Counted from the stretch's first letter, positions 38,119 through 51,759 are shown. The stretch is 64,000 bases of DNA from Girardia tigrina (GCA_001938485.1 MQRK01226410.1:1-64000), one strand, 5' to 3'. The notes: a model not told the origin generated them from the letters alone. Numbers and translations: made by a program.

Positions 38119-39198
38119 AACTCTTCTCCTTTCAAAGAGTTTATCCTCCCTCGCAGGGGCCGTTCATTAAGGGGGCAAGCCTGTGTCGGTTAGAAAAAGC
38201 CGTTAAAGGCTTGGAAAATAATTAATTTATTATTATAATCATTATTATTTTTATTACTAATCATTATTATTTATTAATATTATTATTTTATTATTATTAT
38301 TATAATTATGTTTAAAATTATTATATTATACTATTTTTATTATTATAACATTATTATTATTAACATTATTTCATTATTATTATATTAGTATTACTTAAAT
38401 ATTATTATCATATTATTATTTAAATTAATATTATTATTATTAAATTATTATTATATAAAAAAATATTATAAAAAAATTTAACTCACTTAAAAATAAAAAT
38501 AAAAATGGAAATGAGTTGAGCTGATTTGCTCACTCATTTTGTGAAAATAAATTGGCGATAGCGCTCATCGTCAATTCATCATTCAAAATCAGTAGGCAAA
38601 TAAGCCTAAATAAATAAATATAACAAAAATAATCGATGGTCAAATAAGCACAAATAAATATAACAAAATAATCAGGGCAATTAAGCCCAAATGTAAACAA
38701 TAAATTTTTTAATTAATTAAATTTTTATTTTTAATTTTTATATTAATAATAATAATTAAAATGGGTATAAATACCCCAAATTTTTAAATATAAAACTAAA
38801 AATATAAAACATAAAACATTAAACATTAAACAAAATATTTAACTTAAGAATCCTTATATTAACAATATAATTAATATTTTGGAATCCTCCATCGTTTATT
38901 ATACATTGTACAATTCCGAAAGATCTTTGTGAATCAATTGAATAAAGTTTTGAATTAGAATTCCTTTGAGTTTTTACTATTGATAATATTTTGAAACTAA
39001 TCTCCGACGAGATTTATTTGGATTGAAACCTCAAGAGAGGGTTAATCAAATTATTATATTCATTATAAAGTTGGAAGAACCATTTGAAAAGGAGTCAGAC
39101 ATTTATATTTGAAGGCTTGTTTAAAGTTATTAGCGAAAAATTCTTTCGAGTACTCAACAAATTCTTCTGTACAGGCATGATATACTATAGAATGTATA

Positions 39199-39690
39199 TA
39201 TTAAAGGTTCTAGGGACATCGTCGGAATTATTACTATGAGATATTTCTGACATCAAAACTTTTATTATACCACAAAAAATGTTTAAATCTAATATTTAAA
39301 CAAAACTTATTACTTTTTTTTGAGAAACAATTTGTTTTATAAATCTTAAACCGATATAAATAAAAATACTTATAAATATTCATATTTGATTTTTTCATTA
39401 CTTTTATAAATCAATTTTAAATTACGATAACATTTTAAAATATTTAATCGTTTCATTTAATTTTATTATTTTTTTTAAATCGTTCCACATAAAAATTATA
39501 CATCTTACTTTTTATATTATATTAAAAACTCTCAAAATCTTTTTTATTATTAGCAATTTAATTGATCTTCTTAATTTTAGTAATTTTATTTTTTCAAACG
39601 TTACATATTTAATTATATAAAAATTTTAATTTGTACATATACAATATAATCTTCTTTCAAAAATTTTCATAGCATTTTTAATTCCTAACA
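39199..39690 (-). mobile_element. Solo LTR (family of the 57108 element)
   Basis: Exact 5-bp TSD gtata; homologous to 57108-57631 and 62611-63092. Confidence 0.9.
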
Positions 39691-40258
39691 GTATATATCT
39701 ACAAAGGTTGATATTTACAGTAATAAGTGTTAAAAAGTAATAATAAACAAACAATAATTTGTACTAGGTTTCAACAAAAAATCATAAAAGTATAAATACA
39801 GTAATAAAGATAAATAAAATTAGTCATTTATTCAATTAATTCACTTCACATTTTTAATGAGCAGCTCAGACATTATAAGGACTGAGTAATTAATGTTTGC
39901 TTCCCTCTAGCAGAGGCAGATTCCTCGACAAAGTTTAGAAGTACACGAGCAATGTTCACTTGATCTGTCGTTGTATCACCTGACTGGAGAACGAATCTGT
40001 GAAGTTTTCTGGCTGCCAGCAGCGCTTCTTTTTACGATTCATTGGGATCTATGTCATCATTATTGCTGATGCTTCCATCATCACTAACTGAAAGCAGTAA
40101 CTTCTGATGCTTAGAAACTTGCTTCAGTATATCGCCATCACTGATTTCCTCTGTCACTTGAACGTCATCATTAACAGAGAGGAACTGCTCAGAACCATCA
40201 TTTACAGGAATGCTTAATAGATTACGCAGTCGAGTGAAAATGTTGTTGAAGTTATTAT

Positions 40259-41000
40259 TGTAAAAACTAAGGACTAGTCGATTTAATTAATCCTTTATTT
40301 TTACTATAAAAAATTATATTCTAATAACACTCAAATAACACCAGGGAACGATAAACAAAGATTTGTAAACGTCTGATCACAAAAGAAATAATCAGTACAG
40401 ATAAAATAAAATATCAAATACTTTTGAATTATTCTGAACCGAATTGTCCGCGCAGACGTCTTAATTTCTTTAATTCACAATAAAAGGAAAGCGTTAAATA
40501 GATTTGGAGGATATTTCTTTTTCGGTTCGATAATAGTAATTTCTCGGAATTAAATCGGGTTATATCTGGGATTTGATAGAAAATCGGAATGTAGTTTGTC
40601 TCCGTATTAAATATAGGAATCAAAGGACCAAATANNNNNNNNNNNNNNNNNNNNNNNNNNNNNNNNNNNNNNNNNNNNNNNNNNNNNNNNNNNNNNNNNN
40701 NNNNNNNNNNNNNNNNNNNNNNNNNNNNNNNNNTTAGTATCTCCGGTATGTCGTTAGGGTTTTTAAATTTCTTATTGACTTTTTAATTATTTGTGATTGA
40801 TTTTTTTTTCTTAAATCATTTCAATTATTCTGTCGTCAGTTGCAATCTCGCCAATGCATTGTTTGCTAAATTGTTTGTTACCCCAATCTGACTCCAACAA
40901 AAAAAAACAAATAAATAAATAAATCACAAGGTACAAAAACAAATTAAAAAAAAACATGCATACCTAAAAAAAATATACAGGGCATAAGTAGGGCACTACA
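40259..41000. mobile_element. Solo LTR inside the Tigger transposase (contains a gap)
   Basis: TG...CA termini with exact 5-bp TSD attat. Confidence 0.7.
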
Positions 41001-42492
41001 ATTATTGTCTTTATAAGGTTCAGGATCACGTTCCTCTCTATCAGTGAAGCCAGCCTCACGAAAACAGTTGGTGATGGTGCTCGATTTCACCAAGTCCCAT
41101 GATTCTCGGAGAAGTATTATTGCATCCAGAAGGTTGAAACAGAAGTCAATATTCTCATCATGTGATCTGAGGCGCTTTAAAGCAAGTTTGCTGCGGTAAA
41201 TGGGTTAGACGTTCTTGATAATGCCGCAGTCCATCGGCTGAGTGCGTGCTATTGTACTTTCAGGGAGGAAGTGAAGCTCGATGTGTTTCAAATCCCTGAT
41301 GTGAGAGTGACCGGGACAATTGTCAACGATTAGTGTTACTTGTCTTGTCAAGATGTTGTCCCATCGTTGAAGCCATTCTCGGAAGATTGTGTCAGTCATC
41401 CAGGCTTTCGAATTAGATTGCCGGGATTAGACGCAGATGGCTAAATTTACCAATAACAAGAAGTATGAGTTTCTCCTCTGTCATTGATGTGCCTACAAGT
41501 ATGATCAATAGCTTCTTGGATTTTTTTCTTCTGTGACTCTTTTCTTTTTTGTAAGCGAGTGTCTAATCTGGTAGAAGTTTCCAGAATAAGGCGCTTTCAT
41601 CTGCATTGTAGATGTCCTCAGCCCTGTACTTACGTAGAATATCTTGCAGACGGTTCTCTTTCCAATCCAAGACCATTTCATTGTTTATAGATCTTGCATC
41701 ATCTGACATGACCTTGAACAGAATGCGATGCCGACTTTTCCAACTGTTGATCCAGGAAAATGTTATTCCATTCTCGTCCATTTTTAAGGCCCAGCATTGT
41801 TGCAAATTCAGTGCCCTTAGTACGCAGTATATCGCGATTCTAATACAGACCAGCGTCACGTTTCTGCTTGAACCACATTAGCAGAGCGACGTCTACATCT
41901 TCGTAGTTCGAAGGACGACTTCTCTTCTTCTTTAGTGTCGAGTTCCTGTTCTGATATTCTTCGATGATTTTTTCTTTATTACTCAGGTAAGTTGACAATG
42001 TAGACTGCTTTAATCCGAATTTGGAACACACATCATTTTGTTTCCTGGTAGGATTGAAGATGACGAATTGAACAATCTCATGCTTTTCTGCAATGGTTTT
42101 GCTGCTGCACGGTCTGTTAAAGCTACTTGATTTTTATGCCATTACTGTCAGTGTTAGGAGCAGGGATATTTTAAACTAAAAGTGAATTAATTATTGTATT
42201 GTTATATTTATTGTAATAACGATTGTTCGAGATAAAATCGAAATCTTTAGTTTTTAAACAAACTTAAAATAAAACAATTACATTTTTATAGAAAATGGCC
42301 CTTTTATTTAACAAAGACAGATTTTCAAATTTCAAAAAGTTTGATGTATACAAATTTACAATTTTAAACATTTAAACGAATTGTAATTTTTTAATTTCAC
42401 AACATATTACATGTAAATATTAAAATATTAAAATTACATATTAAATATGCATGTATTTTTTAACATTTAATAAATTCACATAAAAAATCAAA

Positions 42493-43110
42493 ACTTACTT
42501 AGTGTTTAGACATTGCACTCTAGACATTGCAGTCTAGACTTTTGCCTTGTAGGTGACAGCTAGTATCTATACTGCCTGGCGGTATAGGAGTAGTGGTTTT
42601 TTCTTTAGATAGAACGCTGCTGCTCAATTAGCTGGCCAAGATGTCCTGCTGACCTTGCTCCTGTGAAGCGGCCCGAGAGTATTGTCGAGCAATGAAAAAC
42701 CGTCTTTTGGCGGCTTAGACTAGTTGCTTGACCTTACTTTTGGGGATCGCGTCTATTCAGTATTGTGTCGCTGGGACGCTGATTCTTGGTAATGAATCGA
42801 ATTGGCTCCAGAAACATCGGCGAACTCCTCGGCTCCGAAGACTGCTGCTGCTGCTCTGCCACCTTCCCCGGCTTTCATGAGTGTATGCTGCTGCTATGTA
42901 TTCCGGCTCTACTCGAGGACTTGCTGCGTGCTGATAGATCCCCCAGTAATCAACCAATGGCGCGGATGATTCTGAGGAAAAACAATTTCGACGAGTGACG
43001 AAAAGCCGGCGACGGGATGATTACTTGCTTGTTCTTATGTAGTTGCTGATCAGACTAAAGTCCTGCTGTGCAGGCAATTGTAAAACCTTTTGTTTTGTAA
43101 TAAATTTTTG
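42493..43110 (+). repeat. GC-rich interspersed repeat, copy 2
   Basis: Colinear conserved blocks shared with 4002-4541; true boundaries uncertain. Confidence 0.7.
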
Positions 43111-43729
43111 TTATTTCTCAACTGGCCCTGCTTTTTCTGTTTCATTTTGAATATCGAGTTATGTAAATATTTATACAGTAGGGATTCACAGATTGTATCG
43201 AGCTATCTAGTGTTACTGCAACGTAATAGTATGTACTCTCAGTCGGACAACCACAACATATCGAGTAAACCGGATTATCGAGTATCCAAAATCGAGTTAT
43301 CCGGAGTCGACTGTATTAACATATACAGATTTTAATTTGTGAATAATTCGGAATTTTAAGTTTTTATATAAAATTGGAAAGTTATGTTTTTTTAAGATTT
43401 TATCTTAAATACAATTTTTTATTAATACTTTTTCAACAAATTTACAAAATTTTCGTTTGTTTTATATTTTAAAATTTCATTATTTGAATTTTAATTTACT
43501 CATCCATTTTAATTTATTGGTAACATAATTCTTGATTTTTGAAAACTTTCGTTAAAAAGTAATTCTTGATTTTAAACTTAGCTTTAATAATTAATTTTTG
43601 ATTTTGTTAAAAAAACTTAACTTTAATTATTTATTACAATTTAATGAAAGACACTGGTTTTTAATTAGATACTTGAGTTTAAATATTTTAGATGTTAAAA
43701 AATTAAATATTCAAAAATTTCAAATTGGC

Positions 43730-43945
43730 CAGAAATCCAAACAACCAATATTTTCGAAGACGATGCAAAGGCACCGTTGCAAAGAAATTCTAAGATCTCT
43801 ACACTTCCACAACAATGAGAACCATACTGTAAATCGATTGATGAAAGTGAAACCCGTGTTTGACAACCTTTGCAAAAGGTTTCCTAACTTCATTGTACCA
43901 TTTCAAAATTTATGCATCGATATTTCGTTTGGAAATGACGGTTGA
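43730..43945 (+). pseudogene. piggyBac (PGBD4-like) transposase fragment
   Basis: PIFSKTMQRHRCKEILRSLHF...RLMKVKPVFD...PFQNLCID. Confidence 0.8.
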
Positions 43946-44493
43946 CTAACCAAAATTAAAAATTTTATTAAATTTTAAATCTTTCCAACTGTGTTGTAGT
44001 TACATTTGTCTTATAATCGATTCCTAATTATAAGGTTTTAGTTCAATTTATAGAGTACCGGATATGCAAAATACATTGGGACCCTCTCGAGAAAGCAAGT
44101 TTGTTTTTCATTGAAACAAAAAATTTGTATATTTTACCTTTAAATTTTTTAAATTAATAATACAATCTCATTAAAACAAGTAGATAATTAAATTAAAAGT
44201 GCAAGATTATGTTTGATGAAATCATTCACTGAAACAATATTTTATTGTTTGAAGAATTTAAGACGATTATTAAGTCTGTTTTTGATCAAGACTTGCTTTT
44301 ACCGAACAGGAAATACAGGTCTTCTTTGGTTCAGGAGAACATTAATAGGATCTTTGACCTGTTAAAGAAAGATTATAATACATGTGTTAGGAGAAAATAC
44401 AATGAAAATAATTATACAAATAAAAAGATTTTACATTTTATTTAAAATATTTATAATAAGGCTTTGCACACTTTAGAAAGGATGATTCCCGTT

Positions 44494-44964
44494 TCAGAGA
44501 AACTGGAAGAGCTGACCATCGGTTTTAGCATTGAGGTTGAGGTCAAGATCGATTATCTCTCGCTCTTGCTTCTGACCCTCCTGTTTGGCATTGAGCATGT
44601 TCATCAATTCCTGACTGATTTTCGGGAAATTGGGATTCATCATAGAATTTCTGTTGTTCTTATCTCTGAATGGCAGATTGATTGCAGACAGTCGATTATC
44701 AGCGAGATTTGCCCGGCCATTATCTGTGAGGGATTTGTCTGTGGATTTGTGACTGATTGGGATATGTGGCGAATTGATGGGCAACGTTACTGACTTTCTG
44801 CTCGGTTTGTTAAATGGGAAAAATGTGCTTGTCTCTTCTGAATTCAGCTTGAATATTCCTGCTGGTGGAGGACTGATGACTGAGTGACAGGGACAAAATG
44901 TTTGTTGCATATTTGTCTTCCTGAGGCGCACAGGTTCCAGCATACAATCTGACTTGATGTCTCG
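44494..44964 (-). CDS. Probable terminal exon (cytoplasmic tail) of the PAP2/PLPPR-like gene
   Basis: ttacag acceptor in phase 0; open frame RDIKSDCMLEP...LFQFL*; phase matches the donor at 51109. Linkage is inferred. Confidence 0.55.
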   Translation of the reverse strand, partial: RDIKSDCMLEPVRLRKTNMQQTFCPCHSVISPPPAGIFKLNSEETSTFFPFNKPSRKSVTLPINSPHIPISHKSTDKSLTDNGRANLADNRLSAINLPFRDKNNRNSMMNPNFPKISQELMNMLNAKQEGQKQEREIIDLDLNLNAKTDGQLFQFL

Positions 44965-45817
44965 CTGTAATATAAAGATTCTAGCATTATCTGTACGCGG
45001 GAGTTGCAATATTATCAAATCAAATTTGATTTGAGAAAGAAAAGATCATTTAGTGTTATAAAAAATCAAATTAAAGATTAATTTTGTCTACCGACGTTCT
45101 GCGATATTCAGACGGTCAATATGAAATCTAGCTTCAGTTCTTCTGGGAGAGACTTGTTTCAAAAAGTGCAAATAGTGTCAAACTTAGATTAAAATCTGCT
45201 ATCTCAAATTATGTTTCGGCGGTAACTTATGAAAGATTTAGAGAATTCTAATTAAATATGATTTACTAATTTTTTTGTCTCTCGCATATGATAATTTGTC
45301 ACAAAATTGCGTTTGTAAAAAGGATTAAATTTATTTTTATAATGTAGAATAATTTCCTTCCATGAAACTTTAGTTATAAGGTTCAACTTCAATGACCAGG
45401 TTTTGGTCTTTTCTGGTCCTGTCTTATTATAGACCAACTTATGGGTATTTTATATATCCAAGGACTTAGTTACAATTTCAACTTGCCTAATAACTTAATT
45501 AGAAAATTCAAATTTAATATTATTATTAAAACTATATATAAATTTTATAAGAAAAATAGCAATTTTAAATTACAAAAATAAAACATGTTAATTCAATATC
45601 TCTAAAAGTATATATCAAAATTTAGAAAAGGAGTTAATTTAAAACCCTAGAAAAATGAAATAAGTTAATTGAAAATTTTCATAAACGTAAAAAATATAAG
45701 AAAGATACTTTAAAATCATTAAAAATGATTAATACAAAAATTCAAAACGTTAAATAAATGTTTATTAATAGAAATCAAAAATATAAAATAAATATAAACA
45801 TAATTTGAAATATTTAA

Positions 45818-46040
45818 CCCTTTCCTGGCTGAATTAAAAATCCTTAAATCACTTTCTGCAACTTTCAAATGATAAAAATAAAAGGACGGTTGACAAAATA
45901 CGTGTTAAAATAATTTTTCTTTAAAAGAAAAATCTTCCTTATTCATCAGGATAAAAATTTTATTCATATTTTTTCCATAGATGCCTATAAAATATTAAAA
46001 TGAAACATGATTCCATATGACATCAATAGTCAGGAAAGGG
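45818..46040. mobile_element. piggyBac-type MITE
   Basis: TTAA flanks; TIRs ccctttcctg(g/a)ct. Confidence 0.85.
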
Positions 46041-46503
46041 TTAATTTAAAATAATAACTTATTTTGAAATAAAATAATTTAATTAAAAAACAATTAATAC
46101 AATATAAAAATTTAAAAGAAGAAAAAATGATTAAGTAAATAAATTAATCGACTTTTTAACAAAAAAGGAAAAAGGAAAATGACAAAAGTTAAAAAAAAGG
46201 AAATGAAAATCTGCTTAAATTTATATGTAAAATAATTTACAAAATTAATAATTATGAAGTTTCATTCAAATTTGGAAAACGGTATAAACGCAACTAACAA
46301 TTAATTACAAATAATAAAGTTAAATAATTATTTATTATAAAAATAAAAAAAACATTTCTTCCTTATAATATTAACATAACGAAGGGTTTGAAGTATTTGA
46401 TAACAAATAAAACTGTTTGTCAAAGTAATGAATCAATCTACCGAGTGGCAACATAAGTTAGTTGCTAACAAAGGTGTTGTTTTACCCTCTCAAAGGAAGA
46501 AAC

Positions 46504-47110
46504 TGTAAAAGAGCTAACTGAAAACGTGTTTCAGTGAACTCCTTTAACTTAAAAAAATAAAGATAAATATTAGGTTGGTCGAAAAATAATGGCGGTTTTG
46601 GGACACAAACTTCAAAGACGTGCAAATTCACAGAAAAAAAGTTTATTAATCAAAGTATGAACCGTTGGCATCAATACATTTTTGCCTATACATATTTGAT
46701 TTTTCATTTCAATATTTTCTATTTTCTTGAGAAGCGAATGAAAAAGGTGAAAATTTAAATTCTTTTCTGCGTCGTTGTATATATTCTCGTTAAACGGAAT
46801 TTGGTTTTCAGGTACACTGATAGGTACGTGTTTGTGGAATTGTGGTGTATGAGGGTTGGTGAAGTTGATGTTTAAATGGTTAATATGATTTGATATTTTG
46901 TTTGTTTGTGTTTTGACAGGGTTTGTAATTGTGAGATTAAATTTGGGTTTGTATAAAGACATAATTTTTTTAAAAAAATTTGTTGTGTTTGTAGTGATTG
47001 TAATTGTATGTAAATGTCTGTGTTTCGTTTGTTTCTGACACCAGTGTAAAGAGCTAACTGAAAACGTGTTTCAGTGAACTTCTTTAACGTAAAAAAATAA
47101 AGATAAATAT
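46504..47110 (+). repeat. About 66-bp direct repeats (46504-46570, 47045-47110) flanking a mariner-end fragment
   Basis: tgtaaa(a)gagctaactgaaaacgtgtttcagtgaact...aataaagataaatat occurs twice; mariner-like TIR ttaggttggtcgaaaa at 46570. Confidence 0.8.
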
Positions 47111-47483
47111 GTATAGAACTTTTATTTTTACACTATAAAAATAAACATATATAACGAAAAAATCACATACGAGAGAGAGTGAACGGCATGGATAAATCTC
47201 GATATCGATAAGTGTTTATTGTTCATTGTTGTAATAATGTCGATGGAAACATCAGAGAATCATTTGGTTGCACAATGAGATTTTGAGGAAATAGATTATA
47301 TGGAGAGGAGCACTTTCAGGGAGAATTCTGATAAATTGGTTTGCAGAAAACTCCTTTACGAACCGATTTTACAGGAAAACGCACCGCAGGCAATATAGTG
47401 TAATTGTAAACAGTAATTTTAATGATTGTTTATATATATATATATACAATGTAAGGTAAAATCTATAGAATAGGGATAAAAAT

Positions 47484-47528
47484 AAGACGACGCGTTTCGA
47501 GATAATAAAAATCCCATCATCAGGTCAC
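47484..47528 (-). ncRNA. Minimal type I hammerhead ribozyme (Penelope-type), minus-strand copy
   Basis: gac-CUGAUGA-u-gggau-loop-aucuc-GAAAC-gc-GUC-guc. Confidence 0.8.
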
Positions 47529-47870
47529 AAAATGTACCAACCAGGTACACTATATGGAAACATGCCGAAAATAAAAAATATTTATCCAATAAATTATTGG
47601 ATGAAAATAACTTTATTTCACTTTTCCTTAAAATTAAGAGAGATGCACTAAATGCAAAGTATTTTCATCCAATAATTTATTGGATAAATATTTTTTATTT
47701 TCGGCATGTTTCCATATAGTGTACCTGCTTGGTACATTTTGTGACCTGATGATGGGATTTTTATTATCTCGAAACGCGNNNNNNNNNNNNNNNNNNNNNN
47801 NNNNNNNNNNNNNNNNNNNNNNNNNNNNTTTCGGCATGTTTCCATATAGTGTACCTGCTTGGTACATTTT

Positions 47871-47915
47871 GTGACCTGATGATGGGATTTTTATTATCTC
47901 GAAACGCGTCGTCTT
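47871..47915 (+). ncRNA. Minimal type I hammerhead ribozyme, plus-strand copy (another gap-truncated copy at 47741-47778)
   Basis: CTGATGA at 47876-47882; stem II gggat/atctc; GAAACGCGTC at 47901-47910; stem I gac/gtc. Confidence 0.82.
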
Positions 47916-49121
47916 ATTTTTATCCCTAATATATATATATATATATAATTTTATATATAATTTACTATATATAATTTATATATAATGATTGACTGGATCA
48001 CTACAGAAACAATGAATATTTGCCAAAAAAGACCGATTTAACAAACTTCACTTTATTTTGTTTATTAAAACCTTAGTAAAAGTTATTTTAATAGAAATTT
48101 ATCATTTAAAAAAGCCATGATTGTTTGAAAAATAAAATAATTATTAAAGATCCAACTAAACAAGAAACATTGCAGTGATTATAACGCAGAGAATATGTCC
48201 ACATTGCCATCACGATCTGGACAACCTAACGTTTATCTAGTTTGGATATTTTATAAAATTAATGTTGTTGTTTCAGATAATCAATACCATTTATTTTAAA
48301 TTGATAATCACTTAATATTTTGATACTCGAAAACAAAAATAGGTATATACAAAACCGATTAACGACCAGTATTACTTGCTATTCAGATCGAATACGTTAT
48401 ATCTTGTTACGGGTTAGAACAAAATACTACATGTAACAATTTATTAGTAACAAACGTCACAGAAAAATGTTTTACAACACACTTTTGCAAACCACCATTT
48501 ATGGTTGGGAAGTTCAATGTGTTTCTACTTAGTAAATAAAATTTTGTCAAACTTAAATTTAAATTTTGTTTCCTTGTGACATTTTTTTGATCTAACTCTA
48601 AAATATCTTTTTCAAGATATTAGGTCGTCAAATATGAAATTTTATTACCACGTTTTACTTAACTTGCTTTGGGTTCTGTCTGTCTTTCTGTTTGTTTGTG
48701 ATGTTTCACTTTTCACACGCTTTTTTAGACCACTTCCACTCATCCGATCTATCTGAAATTTTTTATGTAGGCTTCTTCTGCCTGACATTTTGAGATTTTA
48801 GCATCTCTGCATCTCAAAAATGCTCTAATAAATTCAAATTAATTAATTTTATATGGACTAAATTAAAATATAAAATTTATAAATTATAAAATTAAATCTT
48901 GGTATACTACTTATAATAATAAGTAGTATAATAATACTACTAAAAAATAAGAACATAATAATAAATAAAAAAGTTTTAAAATAATTTAGAAATAATCGAT
49001 TGTTACTAAAAAGCAGTAAAGAGGAAATAGCAGTTACTAATAGCAGTAATTCAGAAATCCGCCCCACGTTTTTGGTTAGGTATAAAATTTCTCACATGTC
49101 TAGAAAAAAATTATTTTCCTC

Positions 49122-49530
49122 TTCTTAGTCCATATGAAAACGTGGTTTTTAAAACTTTTTTATTTATTATTATTTTCTTATTTAGAACTGAAGTCAAAGT
49201 TAATGACAAATATTTGGCATTCATCAAAGTATGTACCGATATTATCGACAAACTTTCATCCTTTGAGTGGAAGCTTGCTAAGGCTCTTTGAATAAAATTT
49301 TTGTGGGCGAGAATTTGTAAATTCTTGGAAGGCCATTTTTCAATTCTTCAGAATTGATTTTTTCCTATCAAAAGGCTGTTCGCATTGAGGAAGAAATTGT
49401 AGTGAGTAGGGGCTTTGGTGAGTATGGAAGATGATGCAAAAGTTTCAAGTCAAGTTCCTGTAGTTTTGACACGATTTTAAGTGCAGTATGTTGTTTTGCT
49501 TTGTCGTGGAGCAAGATGGTGCTGTTTTTC
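49122..49530 (-). mobile_element. Degenerate mariner C-terminal fragment
   Basis: ILLHDKAKQH...SKLQELDLKLLHHLPYSP motif. Confidence 0.65.
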
Positions 49531-51109
49531 TTTGAGTTTTTGAGTGTTTCGCCTTACGTCCTCCTTATTTCTCTGATTTTGTGATGCAAGAATTTCACGG
49601 GTTAGGGTTATGGTTAGTGATAAAACCAAGTAGATTTGAAAGAAAAGCTCCAGGAATGTACGGCTCAGTGGACGCACATTTCTCTCGACAGAGGTGTTAA
49701 AAATTTACCAAAACCGTTGGTAAAATGTTGTGGAATGTATCAGAGAATATAAAATGAACAATAATCTTTTTGATATTAGGTTTCGACTTTGTTTTTTTAA
49801 AACACTTCACGTGCTCATATTATAAGATAAAATATTAGAAATGGAAGTCTATAGATCCATCCATCGAATCACCTATTGTCAAGAATTTCTTAATATATTT
49901 ATCCTTACTTTCGCTGAAGATTAATATTTGAAAATACCAGTAATGCATCTGTAATGGGTACTTTACATCAACCTTTCGAGGCAACCCTACGGTTAACCCT
50001 TGAGAGTTAAATTATATAAGAGATGTGCAAATTTAATAACCGAAGGACCGAGAAGTATCGCCCTTACGGTGATTTTTGGAACAACGAAATAAATTTGGTT
50101 TTACTAATTTAATAAATGCTGTTAAGACGGAAGTTTTTATGCACTAGTAAAGATATTAACAAATGAGCAGCAAATGTTAACGACGACGTGAGAAGCCGAA
50201 AACCAAATGAAAACATTATCTTCAGACACACACCGGAGTTTCGAGTTCAAGTTTCTTGTTTAAGTACTCAGGTAATTATCACATTTAATAAAAAAAATTA
50301 AAGACAAATATGCCTTCAATGAAACATGTATAAAATGAACCACCCGAAGATATAATTATATAGTTGAACACATCTGTCCACCTAGATCTTGTTATATCTA
50401 CTTTAAGATGATCGTAACTGATCGATCTTCTATTATTCTTTTCATGTTAATATATATAAACAAGTTACCAATATCATCCAAGTCCGACTACAACTGAATA
50501 TTGCCAGTGAATATTAACAGTGAAACTTCGTTTGTATCACCAAATGGACATCCTCCCTGACCGAACCTTTGATCCGATCAAAGATCGTATCATATGATAT
50601 AGATGGACGATCTGAACATCCTTTATTTGTTAATAAAACCACATAGGTATATATATCGCATGAATCATGTCATAAGGAAACTCAACGAAATTTCTTAAGA
50701 AACGCAAAACCATAAATAAATAAATAATTTTTCGGTACCAAGAAGTAATTATAATACGAATATAATGTCCTAGTAAAATATAAAATATAATCTTCCAATT
50801 TACCAAAAATGGTAGACTACAACACAGATATCGCTCGACTTGTTAAACCATTAAGTAGTTTGGCAATTAAAATATTCAGCAAATGGTATTATATAATGAA
50901 GGCTAAGACAATACGAGGAGTAAAAACACAACAAAAATAGACAACGAAAATAGCTGTCACTTATGACCTTACCTTTCCAGAACAAGTCTCTGACCAAAAA
51001 GACATTAATAAAATCGAAAGATACGACGCTGAATAAATAAATATAATTCTCGATATATCTTTATAAAAATAATAAGAATAAGTAATTGGAAATTTATTAC
51101 TAAACTTAC

Positions 51110-51220
51110 TTCTTTGGTGTCTTTGTTTCTGCTTCCGCTCTGCAGAAGAGCGATTTGGCGAAGGATTCGTCTGTTAGAGACTGATTCTTGAAAGTGAAAC
51201 TGCCGCAAAACAACACTGCT
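51110..51220 (-). CDS. PAP2/PLPPR-like gene, exon after TM6
   Basis: tttcag acceptor; SSVVLRQFHF...KDTKE; GTAAGT donor; phase 0/0. Confidence 0.75.
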
Positions 51221-51289
51221 CTGAAAAATAATATTTTCAATGAAAAAAACATAAAATAATGATAACGGTATTTAATTCTGAATTGCGAT

Positions 51290-51759
51290 TATGAAGGGTT
51301 AATTTAAATTTTTATCTCGCCTGAATAATTTATTATTTTTTTATTTTAAAGGGTAAAATATTTTAATGTTAATATGTTTATTCAATATTTTAAAATTAAA
51401 AATGATATAATAAAACAACTATTAAAAAATCAAAAACGTTTTTAAAAATAAAATATTTTTTAATGTTTTTAAATATTTAAAAAAAAATTAAAAATGATAT
51501 AATAAAAGAAAATCATAAAAAATAAAATATCTATTTAAAAATAAAAAATATCTTTTAATGTATCTATTAAATATCTTAAAATNNNNNNNNNNNNNNNNNN
51601 NNNNNNNNNNNNNNNNNNNNNNNNNNNNNNNNAGATTAATCTGTGGCGAGATAATTAAATTAACAGGAAAATTTGTTTTAAATATGTGAATTGTTATAGA
51701 AATAAATTTTGGTGTTAAAAAAATGAACTCGAATATCGACGTTGCAACCACATCTCACA
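51290..51759 (+). mobile_element. Solo LTR (family of the 16554-16903 LTR)
   Basis: Exact 5-bp TSD gcgat; tatga...ctcaca termini. Confidence 0.85.

Larger units (their letters stand above)
39830..43313 (-). mobile_element. Decayed Tigger/pogo (CENP-B HTH + DDE_1) transposon with nested insertions
   Basis: TIR cagtcgactccggataactcgat at 43313; YEDVDVALLMWF, YNADESAL, VDNCPGH, QPMDCGII motifs; left end not located. Confidence 0.88.

Noticed and set aside
47170-47395. Exon-like minus-strand stretch with a GTATGT donor
   Set aside because: In-frame stops in all frames; not needed for phase in the PLPPR model.
47699-47908. Apparent tandem pair of plus-strand hammerheads
   Set aside because: Identical sequence flanks a short N gap, so the tandem may be an assembly overlap; not counted as a true dimer without long reads.
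49599-49618. gggttagggttatggttag telomere-like run
   Set aside because: Only about three degenerate units; too short to call an interstitial telomere.
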